This document shows positions 1 through 10,027 of a stretch of DNA of 64,000 nucleotides, in pieces. The notes beneath the pieces are model-generated. The model searched no databases and was not told the origin of the DNA. It was given only the letters and a program-made list of their open reading frames with translations. Position numbers and translations under genes: made by a program. Within the stretch, counting starts at the first letter, position 1, and each line of letters starts with the position of its first letter. This DNA comes from an uncultured Gammaproteobacteria bacterium (GTDB lineage: Bacteria > Patescibacteriota > Microgenomatia > UBA10105 > UBA927), in assembly GCA_964573695.1 (NCBI GenBank), contig CAZNKB010000001.1:231-64230 (forward strand), given 5' to 3'.

Positions 1-411
1 GTCGCGGAAAAGGCACAACTGGAAGCCAAACGGCCGGAAGCCGTTGACCACCTCAAAAAATCGCGTGAGATGGGCGACTTATCCGAAAACGGATATTACA
101 AAGCCTCCCGGCAACAGCTAAATTTTATCGACGGCAGATTGCGCCGGATAACACGGCTTATTAAGCTCGCCAAAATCGTCACATCTGTGAGTGACGGCAC
201 AGTACAAATAGGAAGCACGGTCAAACTCAAAGACGCTGATAACGAATATGAATATACCCTCGTAGGCGGGTACGAATCCGATCCGGCGCAAAAGACTATT
301 TCCCATATCTCCCCGCTTGGAAAAGCTCTCATGGGCAAAAAGAAAAACGACGTGATAGAAGTAATTGCTCCCTCTGGGGCAAAAACTTATACGGTTGTAG
401 ATATCTCATAA
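1..411 (+). CDS. greA: Transcription elongation factor GreA (5' truncated by window edge)
   Basis: Frame is open from position 1 (VAEKAQLEAKRPEAVDHLKKSRE-MGDLSEN); GDLSEN motif and C-terminal ISHISPLGKALMG. Confidence 0.95.
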   Translation, partial: VAEKAQLEAKRPEAVDHLKKSREMGDLSENGYYKASRQQLNFIDGRLRRITRLIKLAKIVTSVSDGTVQIGSTVKLKDADNEYEYTLVGGYESDPAQKTISHISPLGKALMGKKKNDVIEVIAPSGAKTYTVVDIS

Positions 412-412
412 T

Positions 413-901
413 CTACTCAATCGGCCGCTCCCAATCGAGAACATCAACATGTGTGATACGCGCATGCACCCGAAGCGGCGCGAATTCATTCGCTACCACA
501 TCAAACGGCAGCAGAATCCTTTTTGATCTGCCATTGGGATAGCGTCTGGGTATTTCGGCAAATGAAAGGGTTTCTTTCCCCAATACGCTGCCCATAGTTT
601 TGAGCATGGATACGGACAAAACATCGCCATACAGATCCGTGGCTTCCTCCATTTTTGCTGCAACGACAAACAAAGAAAACAACCGGCGCCCTATGCCGTT
701 TCTTCGGAGTGTGTCGGCGACACTGAAGCTCTCTACAAATGCCTCGCGTCTCTTTCCGTATCTCGACACGACGCCTCGTATGCCGCAATCGTACGGCAGG
801 GTAATTTCGAAATACGGTGCGCCTACCCGGGACAACCGTCCAGGGGATTGGCGTATATGCTTTATTTGAGTAGCGACATCGGGAATTACCTCTGTAATCA
901 T
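413..901 (-). CDS. GNAT-family acetyltransferase-like protein
   Basis: FSVADTLRRNGIGRRL resembles the GNAT motif A acetyl-CoA binding loop (R/QxxGxG). Confidence 0.55.
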   Translation of the reverse strand: MITEVIPDVATQIKHIRQSPGRLSRVGAPYFEITLPYDCGIRGVVSRYGKRREAFVESFSVADTLRRNGIGRRLFSLFVVAAKMEEATDLYGDVLSVSMLKTMGSVLGKETLSFAEIPRRYPNGRSKRILLPFDVVANEFAPLRVHARITHVDVLDWERPIE

Positions 902-960
902 AATTGCCTGGAATTATACAACGAAAAACAACTCACTCGAGGGCGAGGGGGCACATGCTT

Positions 961-1497
961 CTATTTTTCCATGAGGGCCAAGATTTTTTGTGTCGTATTA
1001 TAGTTTCGCATCGTCATGTCCTGATAGATTTTCTTGCCGATCATCTTCGTAAACCCGCTCTTGGTAAGAGCGGATATACTCGTCGACATATATAGCACGT
1101 TACGGCCGACGTGAAGAGCATCCACACCTGGCTTCACCGGCACTTCTTCGGCTGCCGCGGTAGCTGTCATAGGGGGAATAACAAAAGCCACGTATTTCCT
1201 TACCTCCCCACCGTCTTTCCAAACAGCCGGAGAATCATTTACCACCTCCTGCATTTCTTTCAGGGAAAGGACGACAACGCGTGACGTTATGTGAAATGTT
1301 TTGAGGATTGTTTCCTCAATAATTTTTGCCATTTTCCTCTGGTCAATTGTGACTGATTCAAACAGAACATTCCCGCTTGCGATAAACGTAGATACTTTTT
1401 GGAACCCTGCTTTTTCTATGGCAAGGGCAAGGTTTGCCATTTTTATAAGGCTTTTGCCTCCGACATTAATCCCCCGCAGCAACGCGACGTATTTCAT
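961..1497 (-). CDS. DUF1697 family protein
   Basis: N-terminal YVALLRGINVGG, TFIASGNV and C-terminal TMRNYNT signatures. Confidence 0.85.
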   Translation of the reverse strand: MKYVALLRGINVGGKSLIKMANLALAIEKAGFQKVSTFIASGNVLFESVTIDQRKMAKIIEETILKTFHITSRVVVLSLKEMQEVVNDSPAVWKDGGEVRKYVAFVIPPMTATAAAEEVPVKPGVDALHVGRNVLYMSTSISALTKSGFTKMIGKKIYQDMTMRNYNTTQKILALMEK

Positions 1498-1556
1498 AGG
1501 GATACTATATCATGATCGTGATCTTCACGATTACGTTATAATCCAATTATTCAGGT

Positions 1557-2723
1557 ATGCATAAAAATATCAGATTACTTTCCTGGTTTAATTTTTTTAC
1601 CGATTTCGTATTTTTCGCTCCGGTAGCGATTATTTATTTTGCGCAAATCACCGGCTCGTATGCCGTCGGCATGAGTGTTTTTTCTATCGCGTATCTATCG
1701 TCTGCGGCCTTTGAAGTACCGACGGGCATCATATCTGACATCATCGGCCGCAAAAAAACAGTTATTTCGGGAGCCCTTGCCTCATGTGCGTGCGTTATCC
1801 TTTATGCGCTCGCCAACAACTTCTGGATGCTTGCCCTTGGAGCGCTTATGCAGGGAATTTCCCGATCGTTTTATAGCGGGAACAACGATGCGCTTCTTCA
1901 CGATACATTGAAAGAATCGGGAAACGAACACAAGTATCACGAATACCTGGGGCGCACTAGCGCCATGTTTCAGGTAGCGCTGGCGATCGCTGCTACAACC
2001 GGCAGTATTATGGCGGCGAATTCATTTACACTCGTGATGTGGGCATCCGTACTTCCACAACTCATAGCGCTTATCATCGCGTTCCAACTTTACGAGCCTT
2101 CCGTTGCCTCCCCCCGAAATACAAATATTTACCGGCACCTCAGGGAGTCGCTTGGTGAATTCCGGAAGAATTACAAACTCCGATTGCTGACAACCGCGTC
2201 GGTATTGCGTTTCGGACTAGGGGAGTCAACGTTTTTCCTCCGGTCGACGTTTATCAATGGTCTATGGCCGATCTGGGCGATCGGCATTTCTTATTCGTTT
2301 TCCCATATAAGCGGTGCACTTAGCTACTATTACAGCGGACGCGTCATAGACAAACATAAACCGTTGCGGGTACTGAATTTCGAAATACTCTTTAACCGGA
2401 CTATCAATTTTGTAGCCCTCCTTTTCCCCACAGTTGTGTCACCGGCGCTTATGTCCCTCAGTTCATTAACGTACGGAGTCGGATCCGTCGCGATGAACGC
2501 ATTGTTGCAACGAGAATTTACCCAGAATCAGCGCGCGACAATGAGCTCGTTGGCATCTTTTGCAGGGAGCATCGCGTTCGGATTTTTTGCCTGGATTATG
2601 GGAGCTATTGCTGACTACTACGACCCCAGAACGGCTATGATCGTAGCACACCTCTTGCTACTCTCCCCTTTGTTATTTTATCGGTTGGTATTTCATCACG
2701 ATAACAAAGACGTGTCGCTGTAG
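1557..2723 (+). CDS. MFS transporter
   Basis: About 12 hydrophobic segments; EVPTGIISDIIGRK is an MFS motif A variant. Confidence 0.9.
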   Translation: MHKNIRLLSWFNFFTDFVFFAPVAIIYFAQITGSYAVGMSVFSIAYLSSAAFEVPTGIISDIIGRKKTVISGALASCACVILYALANNFWMLALGALMQGISRSFYSGNNDALLHDTLKESGNEHKYHEYLGRTSAMFQVALAIAATTGSIMAANSFTLVMWASVLPQLIALIIAFQLYEPSVASPRNTNIYRHLRESLGEFRKNYKLRLLTTASVLRFGLGESTFFLRSTFINGLWPIWAIGISYSFSHISGALSYYYSGRVIDKHKPLRVLNFEILFNRTINFVALLFPTVVSPALMSLSSLTYGVGSVAMNALLQREFTQNQRATMSSLASFAGSIAFGFFAWIMGAIADYYDPRTAMIVAHLLLLSPLLFYRLVFHHDNKDVSL

Positions 2724-2724
2724 C

Positions 2725-3465
2725 TTACTGGGGAATGGCCACTTCTAATCGGATTTTCCGGTAGGTAATCGTTCCGATAACAGGATCTTCTTCATCGAAA
2801 TTTTCCGGCGACTCTTCCCTGCTTCCATAATCTTTTTGCCGTGCTACTTCCTCCAGTATCAGCCTTTGCGATTCGTTTACCTCATGGTCTCCAGTGTTGA
2901 GTCTAAATACTTCTATGCCGCGGCTTTCCAAGTCGGCAAGCAACCTATCCCAGTACGGCTGCAGTTCATGTGGATCGTGCGCCACAAGCCCGTCACGCTT
3001 CATGGCGCGGTTTTTGATCGTGTCGTCGTTCGCATACAGATATACGACCAAATCCGGCTTGGGAAATGTAGACAAATGGTGGTCATATAACCACTGGAGA
3101 TACGTGAACTGATCATCGCTGATCAAGCCCTGATCATGAAGATATCTATTGTATATATCTGTTGCCAATACGCCGCTTTCCCGAAAGTGCGGATCAGTAA
3201 GACCTTCGGCTTTTGTATCTAGAATCTCTAACTGCATGAGCTGTGTCGTTTTGTGGAGCTGATTTTGAAAGGCGAATTTCTTAGGATTTTCCAAAAACAG
3301 GGGAAATACCGGATTGTCGGGCTCGGTGTGCACGGAAAATCCTTTATCCTGAAGGGCGCCCAGAAGCGTTGATTTACCGGAACACGCAGCACCAATGATT
3401 GTTATTTGAAATCTGGGGTTCGGTTCTACTTCTTTGTTCTCAGCAACTATTGATCTTTCTCTCAT
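2725..3465 (-). CDS. Deoxynucleoside kinase family protein
   Basis: P-loop GAACSGKST, EP motif, AFQNQ, PDLVVYL; start moved to MRERS (3465). Confidence 0.75.
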   Translation of the reverse strand: MRERSIVAENKEVEPNPRFQITIIGAACSGKSTLLGALQDKGFSVHTEPDNPVFPLFLENPKKFAFQNQLHKTTQLMQLEILDTKAEGLTDPHFRESGVLATDIYNRYLHDQGLISDDQFTYLQWLYDHHLSTFPKPDLVVYLYANDDTIKNRAMKRDGLVAHDPHELQPYWDRLLADLESRGIEVFRLNTGDHEVNESQRLILEEVARQKDYGSREESPENFDEEDPVIGTITYRKIRLEVAIPQ

Positions 3466-3563
3466 CGTTATTATCCTGGGGCAGGTTTGTATCACTATAC
3501 TACTATTTGACCGTTTGTAAAATACCTTTCTTTCATACGTAGGGCGTTTGCTATAATGAACCA

Positions 3564-4415
3564 ATGATACAAGCGCTTATCCTCGATATAGACGGTGTCA
3601 TGGTCGGTGAAAAAATAGGATATAACTCGCCATACCCGCACAAAGATGTCATCAGCCGTCTCTCGAGTATCCGTACGGGAGGGATTCCAATCATTCTTTG
3701 CACTGCCAAACCACATTACTCGATAACACCGATCATTAAATCCGCCCACCTCACCAACCCGCATATCACATTTGCCGGAGGCGTGATCATCGATCCTCTA
3801 CAAAACACTATCGTCGAATCCCATCCGCTGCCCAAACAAACTGCAGAAGACGTCATCACCACATGTATCCAGCATAATTTTTATACCGAAGTATATACGC
3901 TAAGCGCTTACTACATACTCCGATCACAGCGATCAGCGCTTACAGACGTACACACGCACATCCTGCAGCAAGAGCCCGTGCTCCTTGACACACTGGACCC
4001 CATTGCGAAAGAAGAACATATCTACAAAATCCTGCCGGTAGTTCCGAATGAATCCGGCATAGACACGGTCAACAAGGCATTCGCCCCATACACAAACACA
4101 ATAGACATAGCTTGGAGCATCCACCCGATCGCCAATCCACATCAATTTTGTAACGTCGCCCCGGCAGGAGTCTCCAAAGGTCAGGCCGCCCTAAATGTCC
4201 TTTCACACCTCGGCATTGATCCGGCCAACACATTAAGCGTCGGTGATAGCACGAGCGATTGGAAATTCATGGGGCTGTGTGGATTTGTCGCTACGCTTGC
4301 AAACGGGCAGGACCCGCTCAAAAATCTGGTTCGTGAGAAACAGAAAGCCGGATACATCGGTGGGCACGTCGATGAAAACGGCTTACTTTCCATATTCGAT
4401 CATTTTTCACTTTAA
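3564..4415 (+). CDS. Cof-type HAD-IIB hydrolase
   Basis: DIDG motif I, SKG, GDSTSD motif IV. Confidence 0.88.
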   Translation: MIQALILDIDGVMVGEKIGYNSPYPHKDVISRLSSIRTGGIPIILCTAKPHYSITPIIKSAHLTNPHITFAGGVIIDPLQNTIVESHPLPKQTAEDVITTCIQHNFYTEVYTLSAYYILRSQRSALTDVHTHILQQEPVLLDTLDPIAKEEHIYKILPVVPNESGIDTVNKAFAPYTNTIDIAWSIHPIANPHQFCNVAPAGVSKGQAALNVLSHLGIDPANTLSVGDSTSDWKFMGLCGFVATLANGQDPLKNLVREKQKAGYIGGHVDENGLLSIFDHFSL

Positions 4416-4433
4416 GGACTGTATAATACACTC

Positions 4434-5276
4434 ATGCACTGGCTCATTTTTTCCGCGATAAACGTCGTTGCCATATCGGTATCTTCGCTTTTCCAAAAAC
4501 TGGCAATGAAAAACGAGAAAAGCGATCCGGTCACCTCTACGGCAATTTTCCAATTCCTTTTTGCCCTGTTTGGGGGTGTCGCCGCTCTTATCTCAGGATT
4601 TCACTTGCCGCCGTCGGAATTATTCGTTTATTTCATTTTCTCATCAATTCTATATGCGATAGGAACAACGAGTTTTTTTCGCGCCGCGCAGATCCTCGAA
4701 GCGTCCGAACTCACGGTACTTGGCAGCTTTGGTACCATAGTCACCATCCTCATTTCATTTTTCTTCCTGGGTGAGCGACTATCGACTCCCCAATGGTTGG
4801 GGGCCGCGTTTATACTTACCGGCGTAACGATTGTTTCGTACGAACGGACGGGTATAAAATTTAATTCCGGCGTCATATGGGCTCTGGTCGGAGCATTTTG
4901 TTACGGGCTCGGTGTCACGTTTGATGCGTACATTTTGCGGTTTTATGATGCGCTGTCGTTTATTCCTGTTATATCGACTCTCACCGGAATTGTCGTCCTC
5001 GTCATACATCCCAATAAAATATCCAAATTTTTCGTCGACCTGCGCACGGTAAATAGTAATTTGCGTATCTTTACATTCCTCTATGTCATCGGAGCCATAT
5101 CTTTTTATTATCCTATTAGCCAGGGCATACTGGTCTCACAAATGAGCTCTATCGGGCGCGTTTCCATAATTTTGACTGTGATACTCGCCATGATATTTCT
5201 CAAGGAACGCTTGCATATTGGCAAAAAAATACTAGGTGCTATACTCACAACGATCGGTATCATGCTTATCAAATGA
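4434..5276 (+). CDS. DMT/EamA family transporter
   Basis: Two EamA repeats (FFLGERL, IFLKERL), about 10 TM segments. Confidence 0.88.
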   Translation: MHWLIFSAINVVAISVSSLFQKLAMKNEKSDPVTSTAIFQFLFALFGGVAALISGFHLPPSELFVYFIFSSILYAIGTTSFFRAAQILEASELTVLGSFGTIVTILISFFFLGERLSTPQWLGAAFILTGVTIVSYERTGIKFNSGVIWALVGAFCYGLGVTFDAYILRFYDALSFIPVISTLTGIVVLVIHPNKISKFFVDLRTVNSNLRIFTFLYVIGAISFYYPISQGILVSQMSSIGRVSIILTVILAMIFLKERLHIGKKILGAILTTIGIMLIK

Positions 5277-5277
5277 T

Positions 5278-6114
5278 ATGAAAGATAAATATTCTGCCGT
5301 GTGGGTATCCCACTCATCCATAAGCGACTATCTCAAATGTCCTCGGGCATATTTTTTGCGTAACGTTTACAGAGATCCTAAAACCAACAGAAAAATATCC
5401 GTCATGGAACCTCCCCTCGCCCTTGGTCAGGCAGTTCACGACACCATAGATACTCTATCCAAGCTCCCGGTAGACCAACGGTTTACTACTCCACTCATGG
5501 AGACATTTGAAAAAATATGGGAAAACGTACACGGCCAGAAAGGTGGGTTTACCGACGACGAGCAGGAAGAAAAATTTAAATCGCGCGCCAGGGATATGAT
5601 CACCCGTATTATCGCTCATCCGGGTCCGCTCAAAGAAAAAGCCATAAAAATCCGCCAGGAACTCCCCTACTACTGGTTATCCGAAGAAGATAACATTATT
5701 CTCTGCGGCAAGGTAGACTGGCTGGAATACAAGGACGACTCCGACAGTGTCCGCATCATCGATTTCAAAACAGGAAAATTCGACGAAGATCCGGATTCAC
5801 TACAACTGCCTATCTATTACTTGCTTACGAGCCACACCCAAACAAAACCTATATCAGCTATAAGTTACTGGTATCTTGATCGTGACGATGCTCCAATCGA
5901 CATGCAGTTACCGGATGTGCAAACTTCGGAAAAGAAAATTCTCGATCTCGCCAGAAAAGTGGCGCTCGCCCGTAAACTTGGACACTTCAAGTGCCGAGAG
6001 GGAGAATGCCGCGCCTGCAGGCCATACGAAGCGGTACTCGCGGGCAAAGCGATACACGTCGGCATCAATACGTATGGACAGGATCTGTATATATTACCCA
6101 ACACGGAAAAATAA
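5278..6114 (+). CDS. PD-(D/E)XK nuclease, RecB/AddB/Cas4-like, probable Fe-S
   Basis: SHSSISDYLKCP, GKVD...IIDFKTG, QLPIY, C-terminal CREGECRAC (1+3 Cys arrangement). Confidence 0.85.
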   Translation: MKDKYSAVWVSHSSISDYLKCPRAYFLRNVYRDPKTNRKISVMEPPLALGQAVHDTIDTLSKLPVDQRFTTPLMETFEKIWENVHGQKGGFTDDEQEEKFKSRARDMITRIIAHPGPLKEKAIKIRQELPYYWLSEEDNIILCGKVDWLEYKDDSDSVRIIDFKTGKFDEDPDSLQLPIYYLLTSHTQTKPISAISYWYLDRDDAPIDMQLPDVQTSEKKILDLARKVALARKLGHFKCREGECRACRPYEAVLAGKAIHVGINTYGQDLYILPNTEK

Positions 6115-6123
6115 TCGCATACC

Positions 6124-6588
6124 ATGAACCTTAAGCAACTTATCGACGACTATCTCAAACAGGCAACACTCATGCAGGTCGCCACAACAAACAATGATCA
6201 GCCGTGGGCGTGCAGCGTGTACTTTGCACCAGACCACGCTATGAACCTCTATTGGTTGTCCAAACCGGACAGACGGCACTCGCGAGAGTTAGCAAAAAAT
6301 AAAAAAGTTGCTGGCACCATAGTGCTGCCTCATACGCCGGGAGACAAAGTCCGCGGCATCCAATTTGAGGGAACAGCTAATGAAATAACTGATCCGGCCC
6401 AACTAACCAACGCCATGGAACTTTACGCAAAACGATTTGGTATGCCACAGGAACGCATGAATGCGATCATTTCCCATAAAGACGGTCATTCCTGCTACAG
6501 GGTCATCCCGACTCTCTATGTGTTGTTTGATGAAATCAACTTCCCTGACGCTTCAAGACAGGAATACACACCGACGACAACAATATGA
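6124..6588 (+). CDS. Pyridoxamine 5'-phosphate oxidase-like FMN-binding protein (YhbP-like)
   Basis: PWACSVYF, SKPDRRHS, VAGTI, RGIQFEG. Confidence 0.8.
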   Translation: MNLKQLIDDYLKQATLMQVATTNNDQPWACSVYFAPDHAMNLYWLSKPDRRHSRELAKNKKVAGTIVLPHTPGDKVRGIQFEGTANEITDPAQLTNAMELYAKRFGMPQERMNAIISHKDGHSCYRVIPTLYVLFDEINFPDASRQEYTPTTTI

Positions 6589-6914
6589 ACTTTGAAGACT
6601 TTCAGAAAATCGTGAAGAAAACCTCCATATATCCTCATCAGGGAAACAATGTGGCCTATGTGACGCTGGGACTCGCGGGAGAAGCCGGTGAAGTAGCAGA
6701 CAAAGTGAAAAAACTGATTCGTGATGATGAGGGAATACTGACCCCCGACAAAAAGAAAGAAATGATCAAAGAACTGGGGGATGTCTTGTGGTATCTGACT
6801 GCGTGTGCAAGCGAACTGGGCGTTGACCTCGAAGAGGTCGCAACCCAGAACGCTAAAAAGGTGGAGGACCGGAAATCACGGGGTGTGCTCTCCGGTGAAG
6901 GCGACAACCGGTAA
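6585..6914 (+). CDS. MazG-like nucleoside triphosphate pyrophosphohydrolase
   Basis: GLAGEAGEV...KELGDVLWY signature. Confidence 0.9.
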   Translation: MNFEDFQKIVKKTSIYPHQGNNVAYVTLGLAGEAGEVADKVKKLIRDDEGILTPDKKKEMIKELGDVLWYLTACASELGVDLEEVATQNAKKVEDRKSRGVLSGEGDNR

Positions 6915-6916
6915 TA

Positions 6917-7735
6917 CTAATCAGGTAGCGAAACATAACCGTTACGACGCTCAACAAGCCCATCCCGGATAAGGCCTTCGACAATTCCTGCGAAAAAAAC
7001 GCGCTCCTTGCTATACTGATTCATAAAGTCCGTTATCAGTTTTTTCTCATTTAGCCTACCCAATCGCAGCAAATCGACTATTCTGCCCCTATAGTACCTA
7101 TCGGAATCCTTAAACGGTTTTTGCTTTTTGACCAGGCGCATGGTTTTCTTTTGTTTTGTCATCGCGAGCGCACCGTAATCCATAAGTGCTTGGTGCCACT
7201 CCCAGGACTTACCCTTGGGCACGAGCTGATCTGCCACTGTTTGAATCGTTTTTTCCTTCTGTGTCCTACCAGAAAAGAAAAAGTGAGTAATTATCTGGCG
7301 TATGTTCGTGTCCACCATGGCGACATTCATGCCATAAGCGAATACCATAAGTGCTCGAGCAGTATATGTCCCCACACCCGGGAGTTTGGTAAGCAATACT
7401 TCATCTTTTGGAAATTTATCATGATAGGAAGCTACGACTACTTCCGCGGTCTTCCTGAGGTACAAGGCCCTGCGGTTATACCCCATGCCTTTCCAAATTT
7501 TGAGGACACGCGCCGGACTGGCTTTTGCTAGTACGCGGATATCGGGAAACGCTTCGATGAACTCCGTATACTTCGGGATTACCCGAATTACCTGCGTTTG
7601 TTGCAGCATCACTTCCGAAACCAGAATCTTATATGGATCACGCGTATGTCTCCATGGTAAATCGCGTCTGTTTTCGCTCCACCAGGCAAAGATATGCGTC
7701 TCAAACGCGCGCACCTTTTGCCTAGACAGTTTCAT
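6917..7735 (-). CDS. mutY: A/G-specific adenine glycosylase (MutY-like, no Fe-S cysteines)
   Basis: RDLPWR, SEVMLQQTQV, GMGYNRRA, HhH LPGVGTYTA, VDTN, QALMDYG; start uncertain (7735-7756). Confidence 0.88.
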   Translation of the reverse strand: MKLSRQKVRAFETHIFAWWSENRRDLPWRHTRDPYKILVSEVMLQQTQVIRVIPKYTEFIEAFPDIRVLAKASPARVLKIWKGMGYNRRALYLRKTAEVVVASYHDKFPKDEVLLTKLPGVGTYTARALMVFAYGMNVAMVDTNIRQIITHFFFSGRTQKEKTIQTVADQLVPKGKSWEWHQALMDYGALAMTKQKKTMRLVKKQKPFKDSDRYYRGRIVDLLRLGRLNEKKLITDFMNQYSKERVFFAGIVEGLIRDGLVERRNGYVSLPD

Positions 7736-7812
7736 GTGGTTCATTCTATCACACAAAATCCAGCCCTAAAAAAAAGGCTGGAGCTTGTTAACAATCTAAA
7801 ATACCGAGTGAG

Positions 7813-8559
7813 TTAGGGATTCGGGGTGGCTGTAACCGCTGCCGAAGGAGCCGGGACACTAAAATCTTTTACATGCGTCACTTCGGTGACTGTATTTAGC
7901 GTCCTGTCCCAAAGTCCTCGCACCCGAACCTTGTGGCCAGCTTTTACCTCCGCCTGTGTCATCGTCTCGCCCTTGCGATTCTCAAACTTGGTGGCTGCCG
8001 AAACGGTAACTGTTTGGTCCGCCCGGTTTTCGCTCTTGGTACTCATGACCCAACCGCCTGACAGGATCGACTTCACCTCGCCGAAAAATACTCCGAATCT
8101 CTTTTGGATCGATACGTTTCGAATGAGTTTGGCGTTTATGGCCGTATGCGTATCGTCAGTCCATTGACCGATGACATTCACTATGTTTCCGACGCTAAAC
8201 TCCGAAAGCTCGGCTTTGCCCCAAAATCTTCGCCTCAATTGCGTTTTGCTGTCGAAATTCACTGTGTAGCTTTTGCCGTCCTTTTCTATCGTGAGTGTCG
8301 TATCGGATTTGGCCGTAATTTTACCGCTGCCGATTGCAGCACGACCGAAACCCAAAAACTGCTTCATCTCACCGGTCTTGGAACTCACGCGGTCCCGGAT
8401 CTGTTCCATGAGGTTTTTTCGTTCTTCACGCACTTCCTGACGGGCTTCCCGAAGATTCTGCCGGGCTTCCTGTACGGATTCTGCGGATACAATGCCGGGT
8501 GACACCAAACCAAAGGACATTACCAATGCTACCGTGGCTATTTTTTGGCTTAACATCAT
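7813..8559 (-). CDS. Secreted protein with coiled coil and two DUF5666-like OB-type repeats
   Basis: Signal peptide-like N-terminus; two repeats of the form G-x-I/V...TV...T...V-x-V-x-G. Confidence 0.6.
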   Translation of the reverse strand: MMLSQKIATVALVMSFGLVSPGIVSAESVQEARQNLREARQEVREERKNLMEQIRDRVSSKTGEMKQFLGFGRAAIGSGKITAKSDTTLTIEKDGKSYTVNFDSKTQLRRRFWGKAELSEFSVGNIVNVIGQWTDDTHTAINAKLIRNVSIQKRFGVFFGEVKSILSGGWVMSTKSENRADQTVTVSAATKFENRKGETMTQAEVKAGHKVRVRGLWDRTLNTVTEVTHVKDFSVPAPSAAVTATPNP

Positions 8560-8585
8560 ACGTATACTACCTTTCTATACTGTAG

Positions 8586-8612
8586 TACGCAGCAGTGACG
8601 CAAAAAGTTTCA
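8586..8612 (-). promoter_or_regulatory. SigW-type ECF promoter TGAAAC-N17-CGTA
   Basis: Minus strand reads TGAAAC tttttgcgtcactgctg CGTA, 26 nt before the ATG of the DUF5666-like gene, with an AGAAAGG SD in between. Confidence 0.65.
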
Positions 8613-8626
8613 CTTGGATGCAAATC

Positions 8627-9064
8627 CTAAGGGGTATAGGTAACACTGAGCTCTTTCTCAGAATAGTTTCCTGCTGCGTCGTTTGCTACAACCAGAATAT
8701 AATTATCTCCTTCTTCCAGGGTAATCGTTGCCGAAAAATTCCCCACAGTATCTGCCTTTGTCTCGGTATCGTTTATAAACACCTCTGCTCCTGCAACCGT
8801 TTTACCTTTTACAGTGAGTGAACTATTTGAAACCGTGCTGTTATTTACAGGCAAACTTACCGAAAGCGTAATGCCAGACGACAACACAAGAGCATCTTTA
8901 GTTGTTTCTGCCTTTGAGGGAGTAATTGTTACCTGGGAGGTGTCCGAAGGGACTGCCGTGTCCACCGGAGATGACCCCGTCTGTCTTGTCATGATAGGGC
9001 GCACAACAACAGCAGCTCCTATGATAACTACCACACCCGCTATAAGGGGAATATATTTTTGCAT
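8627..9064 (-). CDS. Membrane-anchored Ig-like domain protein
   Basis: N-terminal TM, S/T/P linker, beta-sandwich pattern VKGKT...GNFSATITLEEGDNYILVVAND-AGN. Confidence 0.7.
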   Translation of the reverse strand: MQKYIPLIAGVVVIIGAAVVVRPIMTRQTGSSPVDTAVPSDTSQVTITPSKAETTKDALVLSSGITLSVSLPVNNSTVSNSSLTVKGKTVAGAEVFINDTETKADTVGNFSATITLEEGDNYILVVANDAAGNYSEKELSVTYTP

Positions 9065-9075
9065 AGTGGCCCTCC

Positions 9076-9471
9076 TTATGTATTGTTACTGTTTTTTTTC
9101 CTCTTTGCAAGCTCTGCGAGACGCCGTTTAACCACGCGCCTCCTATGCCTCGTCACAGCCCATATACCTAGAAGTAAGCATGTCAATACGAATACAGCAA
9201 GGGTTGCTCGCTCGGGCACTTCCTGTAATGCAACTGACAGCGTATCCTGCCAAAATTCAGAAATAATTTCTTTGTCCTCATAGAGGATCTCTAGCACGTC
9301 CCACGTTTGCCTCTCTGCCATAATGGCATACACCCTATACGCGAATATGCCGATGCCTCCGGCTAGTAGTAGTATTGTCGCGGTAAAAATAGTAATCCAC
9401 CGTGTCGAGCGTTCGTGCTCGAAACGGGCAACTTTATCCATTACCGCATGGGAAATATCACGTTGCTTCAT
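9076..9471 (-). CDS. Two-TM membrane protein, putative anti-sigma factor
   Basis: Overlaps the 3' end of the ECF sigma gene; short cytoplasmic N-terminus (DISHAVMDKV) then 2 TM. Confidence 0.55.
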   Translation of the reverse strand: MKQRDISHAVMDKVARFEHERSTRWITIFTATILLLAGGIGIFAYRVYAIMAERQTWDVLEILYEDKEIISEFWQDTLSVALQEVPERATLAVFVLTCLLLGIWAVTRHRRRVVKRRLAELAKRKKNSNNT

Positions 9472-9997
9472 ATGCCAAAAGCCTCCGGAGCGCGGTTTTT
9501 GCCCTGCGCAAATGCGTCCGTACTGTGTTTACCGGAAGGTGCATCTTCTTGCTCATTTGTTCATACGACAAATCTTCGAAATAGTAAAGAGTAATTACCT
9601 TCTTATATTTTGCGTCTATCGCCTCTAATGCCCGAGCTATTCGCTGTTTTTCGTCGTTTCTCATGAGTGTCTCGTCCGGCTGCTCGGAGTCGGATATATG
9701 TTCAGCTGTTTCAAGGGGAACATGTCTCAAGCGGCTTCGCAAGTAAGAAATTGATTTATTCCGTGCTATGGAATACACATACGTCGAAAACTTCCTGGTG
9801 TCGTCAACGTTATCTATCGTTTTGTAAAGACTTATGAATGTGTCCTGAACCACATCCTGGGCCATAATAGAGTCGCGAATGAGGTAGGTGACAAAAGAAT
9901 ATAATTTGTTTTGGTATCTCAAAACAAGCTGTTCAAAGGCCGACACACTTCCTTCCTTTACCGCACGTAACAACGACTCATCGCTCTCTTTGTGCAT
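9458..9997 (-). CDS. ECF sigma factor (sigma70 group 4, RpoE/SigW-like)
   Basis: AQDVVQDTF, FSTYVYSIARN region 2; LSYEQMS...PVNTVRTHLRRAK region 4. Confidence 0.92.
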   Translation of the reverse strand: MHKESDESLLRAVKEGSVSAFEQLVLRYQNKLYSFVTYLIRDSIMAQDVVQDTFISLYKTIDNVDDTRKFSTYVYSIARNKSISYLRSRLRHVPLETAEHISDSEQPDETLMRNDEKQRIARALEAIDAKYKKVITLYYFEDLSYEQMSKKMHLPVNTVRTHLRRAKTALRRLLAYEAT

Positions 9998-10027
9998 ACG
10001 TGCTCCCAATTATAGTACAATACGATC

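Noticed and set aside
5278-6114. Cas4-like nuclease as evidence of a CRISPR-Cas or defence locus
   Set aside because: No repeat-spacer array or other cas genes in the window; the neighbours are housekeeping and salvage genes, and stand-alone PD-(D/E)XK proteins are common.
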